Positions 55,901 to 64,000 of a stretch of DNA of 64,000 bases are shown in pieces. The translations under genes were made by a program, and so were the position numbers. Within the stretch, counting starts at the first letter, position 1. Each line of letters begins with the position of its first letter. Under the pieces are notes generated by a model. It was not told the DNA's origin. It made no database searches and saw nothing but the letters and a program-made list of their open reading frames with translations. Source of the DNA: Macrostomum hystrix (Eukaryota > Animalia > Platyhelminthes). The stretch is taken from NCBI GenBank assembly GCA_950097015.1, contig CATNEN010000007.1, forward strand, positions 8,184,001 to 8,248,000, given 5' to 3'.

Positions 55901-58900
55901 CCCTTTCCACCCTGAAATCTAGCTACTTTCCACCCTGAAATCTAGCTACTTTCCACCCTGAAATCTAGCTACTTTCCACCCTGAAATCTAGTTACTTTCC
56001 ACCCTGAAATCTAGTTACTTTCCACCCTGAAATCTAGCTTCTTTCCACCCTGAAATCTAGTTACTTTCCACCCTCAAATCTGGCTACTTTCCACCCTGAA
56101 ATTTAACCACTTTCCACCCTGAAATCTAGCTACTTTCCACCCTGAAATCTAGTTACTTTCCACCCTGAAATCTAGTTACTTTCCACCCTGAAATCTAGCT
56201 TCTTTCCACCATGAAATTTAACCACTTTCCACCCTGAAATCTAACCACTTTCCACCCTGAAATCTAACCACTTTCCACCCTGAAATCTAGCTTCTTTCCA
56301 CCCTGAAATTTAACCACTTTCCACCCTGAAATCTAACCACTTTCCACCCTGAAATCTAGCTTCTTTCCACCCTGAAATTTAACCACTTTCCACCCTGAAA
56401 TCTAGTCCCTTTCCACCCTGAAATCTAGTTACTTTCCACCCTGAAATCTAGCTACTTTCCACCCTGAAATCTAGTTACTTTCCACCCTGAAATCTAGTTA
56501 CTTTCCACCCTGAAATCTAGTTACTTTCCACCCTGAAATCTAGTTACTTTCCACCCTGAAATCTAGTCCCTTTTCACCCTGAAATCTAGTCCCTTTCCAC
56601 CCTGAAATCTAGTTACTTTCCACCCTGAAATCTAGTTACTTTCCACCCTGAAATCTAGTTACTTTCCACCCTGAAATCTAGTTACTTTCCACCCTGAAAT
56701 CTAGCTTCTTTCCACCCTGAAATCTAGTTACTTTCCACCCTGAAATCTGGCTACTTTCCACCCTGAAATTTAACCACTTTTCACCCTGAAATCTAGTCCC
56801 TTTCCACCCTGAAATCTAGTCCCTTTCCACCCTGAAATCTAGCTACTTTCCACCCTGAAATCTAGTCCCTTTCCACCCTGAAATCTTGCTACTTTCCACC
56901 CTGAAATCTAGTTACTTTCCACCCTGAAATCTAGTTACTTTCCACCCTGAAATCTAGTTACTTTCCACCCTGAAATCTAGTTACTTTCCACCCTGAAATC
57001 TAGTTACTTTCCACCCTGAAATCTAGTTACTTTCCACCCTGAAATCTAGTTACTTTCCACCCTGAAATCTAGCTACTTTCCACCCTGAAATCTAACCACT
57101 TTCCACCCTGAAATCTAGCTACTTTCCACCCTGAAATCTAACCACTTTCCACCCTGAAATCTAGCTTCTTTCCACCCTGAAATTTAACCACTTTCCACCC
57201 TGAAATTTAACCACTTTCCACCCTGAAATCTAATCCCTTTCCACCCTGAAATCTAGTTACTTTCCACCCTGAAATCTAGTTACTTTCCACCCTGAAATCT
57301 AGCTTCTTTCCACCCTGAAATCTAGTTACTTTCCACCCTGAAATCTAGTCCCTTTCCACCCTGAAATCTAGCTACTTTCCACCCTGAAATCTAGTCCCTT
57401 TCCACCCTGAAATCTTGCTACTTTCCACCCTGAAATCTAGTTACTTTCCACCCTGAAATCTATTTACTTTCCACCCTGAAATCTAGTTACTTTCCACCCT
57501 GAAATCTAGTCCCTTTTCACCCTGAAATCTAGTCCCTTTCCACCCTGAAATCTAGTTACTTTCCACCCTGAAATCTAGTTACTTTCCACCCTGAAATCTA
57601 GTTACTTTCCACCCTGAAATCTAGTTACTTTCCACCCTGAAATCTAGCTTCTTTCCACCCTGAAATCTAGTTACTTTCCACCCTGAAATCTGGCTAATTT
57701 CCACCCTGAAATTTAACCACTTTTCACCCTGAAATCTAGTCCCTTTCCACCCTGAAATCTAGTTACTTTCCACCCTGAAATCTAACCACTTTCCACCCTG
57801 AAATCTAGTCCCTTTCCACCCTGAAATCTAGTTACTTTCCACCCTGAAATCTAACCACTTTCCACCCTGAAATCTAGCTTCTTTCCACCCTGAAATTTAA
57901 CCACTTTCCACCCTGAAATCTAGTCCCTTTCCACCCTGAAATCTTGCTACTTTCCACCCTGAAATCTAGTTACTTTCCACCCTGAAATCTAGTTACTTTC
58001 CACCCTGAAATCTAGTTACTTTCCACCCTGAAATCTAGTCCCTTTTCATCCTGAAATCTAGTCCCTTTCCACCCTGAAATCTAGTTACTTTCCACCCTGA
58101 AATCTAGTTACTTTCCACCCTGAAATCTAGTTACTTTCCCCCCTTAAATCTAGTTACTTTCCACCCTGAAATCTAGCTTCTTTCCACCCTGAAATCTAGT
58201 TACTTTCCACCCTGAAATCTGGCTACTTTCCACCCTGAAATTTAACCACTTTTCACCCTGAAATCTAGTCCCTTTCCACCCTGAAATCTAGTTACTTTCC
58301 ACCCTGAAATCTAACCACTTTCCACCCTGAAATCTAGTCCCTTTCCACCCTGAAATCTAGTTACTTTCCACCCTGAAATCTAACCACTTTCCACCCTGAA
58401 ATCTAGCTTCTTTCCACCCTGAAATTTAACCACTTTCCACCCTGAAATCTAGTCCCTTTCCACCCTGAACCTAGCTACTTTCCACCCTGAAATCTAGTCC
58501 CTTTCCACCCTGAAATCTAGCTACTTTCCACCCTGAAATCTAGCTACTTTCCACCCTGAAATCTAGCTACTTTCCACCCTGAAATCTAGTTACTTTCCAC
58601 CCTGAAATCTAGCTTCTTTCCACCCTGAAATTTAACCACTTTCCACCCTGAAATTTAACCACTTTCCACCCTGAAATCTAGTCCCTTTCCACCCTGAAAT
58701 CTAGTTACTTTCCACCCTGAAATCTAGTCCCTTTCCACCCTGAAATCTAGTTACTTTCCACCCTGAAATCTAACCACTTTCCACCCTGAAATCTAGTCCC
58801 TTTCCACCCTGAAATCTAGTTACTTTCCACCCTGAAATCTAACCACTTTCCACCCTGAAATCTAGCTTCTTTCCACCCTGAAATTTAACCACTTTCCACC

Positions 58901-61900
58901 CTGAAATCTAGTCCCTTTCCACCCTGAACCTAGCTACTTTCCACCCTGAAATCTAGTCCCTTTCCACCCTGAAATCTAGCTACTTTCCACCCTGAAATCT
59001 AGCTACTTTCCACCCTGAAATCTAGCTTCTTTCCACCCTGAAATCTAGTTACTTTCCACCCTGAAATCTAGTCCCTTTCCACCCTGAAATCTAGCTACTT
59101 TCCACCCTGAAATCTAGTCCCTTTCCACCCTGAAATCTTGCTACTTTCCACCCTGAAATCTAGTTACTTTCCACCCTGAAATCTATTTACTTTCCACCCT
59201 GAAATCTAGTTACTTTCCACCCTGAAATCTAGTCCCTTTTCACCCTGAAATCTAGTCCCTTTCCACCCTGAAATCTAGTTACTTTCCACCCTGAAATCTA
59301 GTCCCTTTCCACCCTGAAATCTAGTTACTTTCCACCCTGAAATCTAGTTACTTTCCACCCTGAAATCTAGCTTCTTTCCACCCTGAAATCTAGTTACTTT
59401 CCACCCTGAAATCTGGCTACTTTCCACCCTGAAATTTAACCACTTTTCACCCTGAAATCTAGTCCCTTTCCACCCTGAAATCTAGTTACTTTCCACCCTG
59501 AAATCTAACCACTTTCCACCCTGAAATCTAGTCCCTTTCCACCCTGAAATCTAGTTACTTTCCACCCTGAAATCTAACCACTTTCCACCCTGAAATCTAG
59601 CTTCTTTCCACCCTGAAATTTAACCACTTTCCACCCTGAAATCTAGTCCCTTTCCACCCTGAAATCTTGCTACTTTCCACCCTGAAATCTAGTTACTTTC
59701 CACCCTGAAATCTAGTTACTTTCCACCCTGAAATCTAGTTACTTTCCACCCTGAAATCTAGTCCCTTTTCATCCTGAAATCTAGTCCCTTTCCACCCTGA
59801 AATCTAGTTACTTTCCACCCTGAAATCTAGTTACTTTCCACCCTGAAATCTAGTTACTTTCCACCCTGAAATCTAGTTACTTTCCACCCTGAAATCTAGC
59901 TTCTTTCCACCCTGAAATCTAGTTACTTTCCACCCTGAAATCTGGCTACTTTCCACCCTGAAATTTAACCACTTTTCACCCTGAAATCTAGTCCCTTTCC
60001 ACCCTGAAATCTAGTTACTTTCCACCCTGAAATCTAACCACTTTCCACCCTGAAATCTAGTCCCTTTCCACCCTGAAATCTAGTTACTTTCCACCCTGAA
60101 ATCTAACCACTTTCCACCCTGAAATCTAGCTTCTTTCCACCCTGAAATTTAACCACTTTCCACCCTGAAATCTAGTCCCTTTCCACCCTGAACCTAGCTA
60201 CTTTCCACCCTGAAATCTAGTCCCTTTCCACCCTGAAATCTAGCTACTTTCCACCCTGAAATCTAGCTACTTTCCACCCTGAAATCTAGCTACTTTCCAC
60301 CCTGAAATCTAGTTACTTTCCACCCTGAAATCTAGCTTCTTTCCACCCTGAAATTTAACCACTTTCCACCCTGAAATTTAACCACTTTCCACCCTGAAAT
60401 CTAGTCCCTTTCCACCCTGAAATCTAGTTACTTTCCACCCTGAAATCTAGTCCCTTTCCACCCTGAAATCTAGTTACTTTCCACCCTGAAATCTAACCAC
60501 TTTCCACCCTGAAATCTAGTCCCTTTCCACCCTGAAATCTAGTTACTTTCCACCCTGAAATCTAACCACTTTCCACCCTGAAATCTAGCTTCTTTCCACC
60601 CTGAAATTTAACCACTTTCCACCCTGAAATCTAGTCCCTTTCCACCCTGAACCTAGCTACTTTCCACCCTGAAATCTAGTCCCTTTCCACCCTGAAATCT
60701 AGCTACTTTCCACCCTGAAATCTAGCTACTTTCCACCCTGAAATCTAGCTACTTTCCACCCTGAAATCTAGTTACTTTCCACCCTGAAATCTAGTTACTT
60801 TCCACCCTGAAATCTAGCTTCTTTCCACCCTGAAATTTAACCACTTTCCACCCTGAAATTTAACCACTTTCCACCCTGAAATCTAGTCCCTTTCCACCCT
60901 GAAATCTAGTTACTTTCCACCCTGAAATCTAGTCCCTTTCCACCCTGAAATCTAGTTACTTTCCACCCTGAAATCTAACCACTTTCCACCCTGAAATCTA
61001 GTCCCTTTCCACCCTGAAATCTAGTTACTTTCCACCCTGAAATCTAACCACTTTCCACCCTGAAATCTAGTCCCTTTCCACCCTGAAATCTAGTTACTTT
61101 CCACCCTGAAATCTAACCACTTTCCACCCTGAAATCTAGCTTCTTTCCACCCTGAAATCTAACCACTTTCCACCCTGAAATCTAGCTTCTTTCCACCCTG
61201 AAATTTAACCACTTTCCACCCTGAAATCTAGTCCCTTTCCACCCTGAACCTAGCTACTTTCCACCCTGAAATCTAGTCCCTTTCCACCCTGAAATCTAGC
61301 TACTTTCCACCCTGAAATCTAGCTACTTTCCACCCTGAAATCTAGCTACTTTCCACCCTGAAATCTAGTTACTTTCCACCCTGAAATCTAGCTTCTTTCC
61401 ACCCTGAAATCTAGTTACTTTCCACCCTGAAATCTAACCACTTTCCACCCTGAAATCTAGTCCCTTTCCACCCTGAAATCTAGCTACTTTCCACCCTGAA
61501 ATCTAGTTACTTTCCACCCTGAAATCTAGCTTCTTTCCACCCTGAAATCTAGTTACTTTCCACCCTGAAATCTAGTTACTTTCCACCCTGAAATCTAGTT
61601 ACTTTCCACCCTGAAATCTAGCTACTTTCCACCCTGAAATCTAGTTACTTTCCACCCTGAAATCTAGTTACTTTCCACCCTGAAATCTAGCTACTTTCCA
61701 CCCTGAAATCTAGTCCCTTTCCACCCTGAAATCTTGCTACTTTCCACCCTGAAATCTAGTTACTTTCCACCCTGAAATCTAGTTACTTTCCACCCTGAAA
61801 TCTAGTTACTTTCCACCCTGAAATCTAGCTTCTTTCCACCCTGAAATCTAGTTACTTTCCACCCTGAAATCTGGCTACTTTCCACCCTGAAATTTAACCA

Positions 61901-64000
61901 CTTTTCACCCTGAAATCTAGTCCCTTTCCACCCTGAAATCTAGTTACTTTCCACCCTGAAATCTAACCACTTTCCACCCTGAAATCTAGTCCCTTTCCAC
62001 CCTGAAATCTAGTTACTTTCCACCCTGAAATCTAACCACTTTCCACCCTGAAATCTAGCTTCTTTCCACCCTGAAATTTAACCACTTTCCACCCTGAAAT
62101 CTAGTCCCTTTCTACCCTGAAATCTAGTTACAATCCACCCTGAAATCTAGTTACTTTCCACCCTGAAATCTAGTTACTTTCCACCCTGAAATCTAACCAC
62201 TTTCCACCCTGAAATCTAGCTTCTTTCCACCCTGAAATTTAACCACTTTCCACCCTGAAATCTAGTCCCTTTCCACCCTGAAATCTAGTTACTTTCCACC
62301 CTGAAATCTAGCTACTTTCCACCCTGAAATCTAGTTACTTTCCACCCTGAAATCTAGCTTCTTTCCACCCTGAAATCTAACCACTTTCCACCCTGAAATC
62401 TAGTCCCTTTCCACACTGAAATCTAGCTACTTTCCACCCTGAAATCTAGTTACTTTCCACCCTGAAATCTAGCTACTTTCCACCCTGAAATCTAGTTACT
62501 TTCCACCCTGAAATCTAGTTACTTTCCACCCTGAAATCTAGCTTCTTTCCACCCTGAAATCTAGTTACTTTCCACCCTGAAATCTAGCTACTTTCCACCC
62601 TGAAATCTAACCACTTTCCACCCTGAAATCTAGTCCCTTTCCACACTGAAATCTAGCTACTTTCCTCCCTGAAATCTAGTTACTTTCCACCCTGAAATCT
62701 AGTTTCTTTCCACCCTGAAATCTTGCTACTTTCCACCCTGAAATCTAGTTACTTTCCACCCTGAAGTCTTGCTACTTTCCACCCTGAAATCTAGTTACTT
62801 TCCACCCTGAAATCTAGTCCCTTTCCACCCTGAAATCTAGCTACTTTCCACCCTGAAATCTAGTTACTTTCCACCCTGAAATCTAGCTTCTTTCCACCCT
62901 GAAATCTAGTTACTTTCCACCCTGAAATCTAGTCCCTTTCCACCCTGAAATCTAGTTACTTTCCACCCTGAAATCTAGTCCCTTTCCACCCTGAAATCTA
63001 GCTTCTTTCCACCCTGAAATCTAGTTACTTTCCACCCTGAAATCTAGTTACTTTCCACCCTGAAATCTAGCTACTTTCCACCCTGAAATCTAGTTACTTT
63101 CCACCCTGAAATCTAGCTACTTTCCACCCTGAAATCTAGTTACCTTCCACCCTGAAATCTAGCTTCTTTCCACCCTGAAATCTAGTTACTTTCCACCCTG
63201 AAATCTAGTCCCTTTCCACCCTGAAATCTAGTTACTTTCCACCCTGAAATCTAGCTTCTTTCCACCCTGAAATCTAACCACTTTCCACCCTGAAATCTAG
63301 TCCCTTTCCACACTGAAATCTAGCTACTTTCCACCCTGAAATCTAGTTACTTTCCACCCTGAAATCTAGCTACTTTCCACCCTGAAATCTAGTTACTTTC
63401 CACCCTGAAATCTAGTTACTTTCCACCCTGAAATCTAGCTTCTTTCCACCCTGAAATCTAGTTACTTTCCACCCTGAAATCTAGCTACTTTCCACCCTGA
63501 AATCTAACCACTTTCCACCCTGAAATCTAGTCCCTTTCCACACTGAAATCTAGCTACTTTCCTCCCTGAAATCTAGTTACTTTCCACCCTGAAATCTAGT
63601 TTCTTTCCACCCTGAAATCTTGCTACTTTCCACCCTGAAATCTAGTTACTTTCCACCCTGAAATCTAGTTACTTTCCACCCTGAAATCTAGCTACTTTCC
63701 ACCCTGAAATCTAGTTACTTTCCACCCTGAAATCTAGCTACTTTCCTCCCTGAAATCTAGTTACTTTCCACCCTGAAATCTAGTTTCTTTCCACCCTGAA
63801 ATCTTGCTACTTTCCACCCTGAAATCTAGTTACTTTCCACCCTGAAATCTAGCTACTTTCCACCCTGAAATCTAGTTACTTTCCACCCTGAAATCTAGCT
63901 TCTTTCCACCCTGAAATCTAGTTACTTTCCACCCTGAAATCTAGTCCCTTTCCACCCTGAAATCTAGTTACTTTCCACCCTGAAATCTAGTCCCTTTCCA
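43947..64000 (+). repeat. 23-bp satellite, right segment (runs off window) with higher-order repeats
   Basis: ~870 monomers; diagnostic variants recur at 2598/2805/5403 bp. Confidence 0.98.

Noticed and set aside
37575-64000. CRISPR array (constant repeat plus variable spacer look)
   Set aside because: The variable part is only 8 nt and reused many times; eukaryotic context; no cas genes.
37575-64000. Chain of 15-nt GT-AG tiny introns (GTAACTAGATTTCAG)
   Set aside because: Far below the size of the introns seen here (66 nt or more); many monomers lack GT; the spliced product would be a trivial 8-mer repeat.

Overview
Eukaryotic (metazoan) genomic DNA. GC-rich exons with GT-AG introns, abundant short-unit tandem arrays and the GPCR type suggest a flatworm such as Macrostomum; this is an inference. 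Splice-phase-consistent gene models were read by hand: (1) the 3' part of a Cys-rich, probably GPI-anchored protein (+); (2) a 2-exon rhodopsin-class GPCR (+); (3) a 2-exon divergent SLC18A (VMAT/VAChT-like) transporter (+); (4) a 4-exon TM-anchored copine/vWA protein (-); (5) a 6-exon protein with a CUPID-like coiled coil (-); (6) a terminal PAN/apple-domain exon (-). About 17 different minisatellites are present, and most larger introns carry their own. From 37.6 kb to the window end lies a 23-bp satellite (~940 monomers). Its monomer is in register with the 3' splice site of the PAN exon, and it has nested 2598/2805/5403-bp higher-order repeats. It is interrupted by a complete, recent Ty3/Gypsy (Mag-like) LTR retrotransposon with identical 209-bp LTRs, a 5-bp TSD and one gag-pol ORF. 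Most long ORFs in the supplied track are stop-free repeat artefacts.
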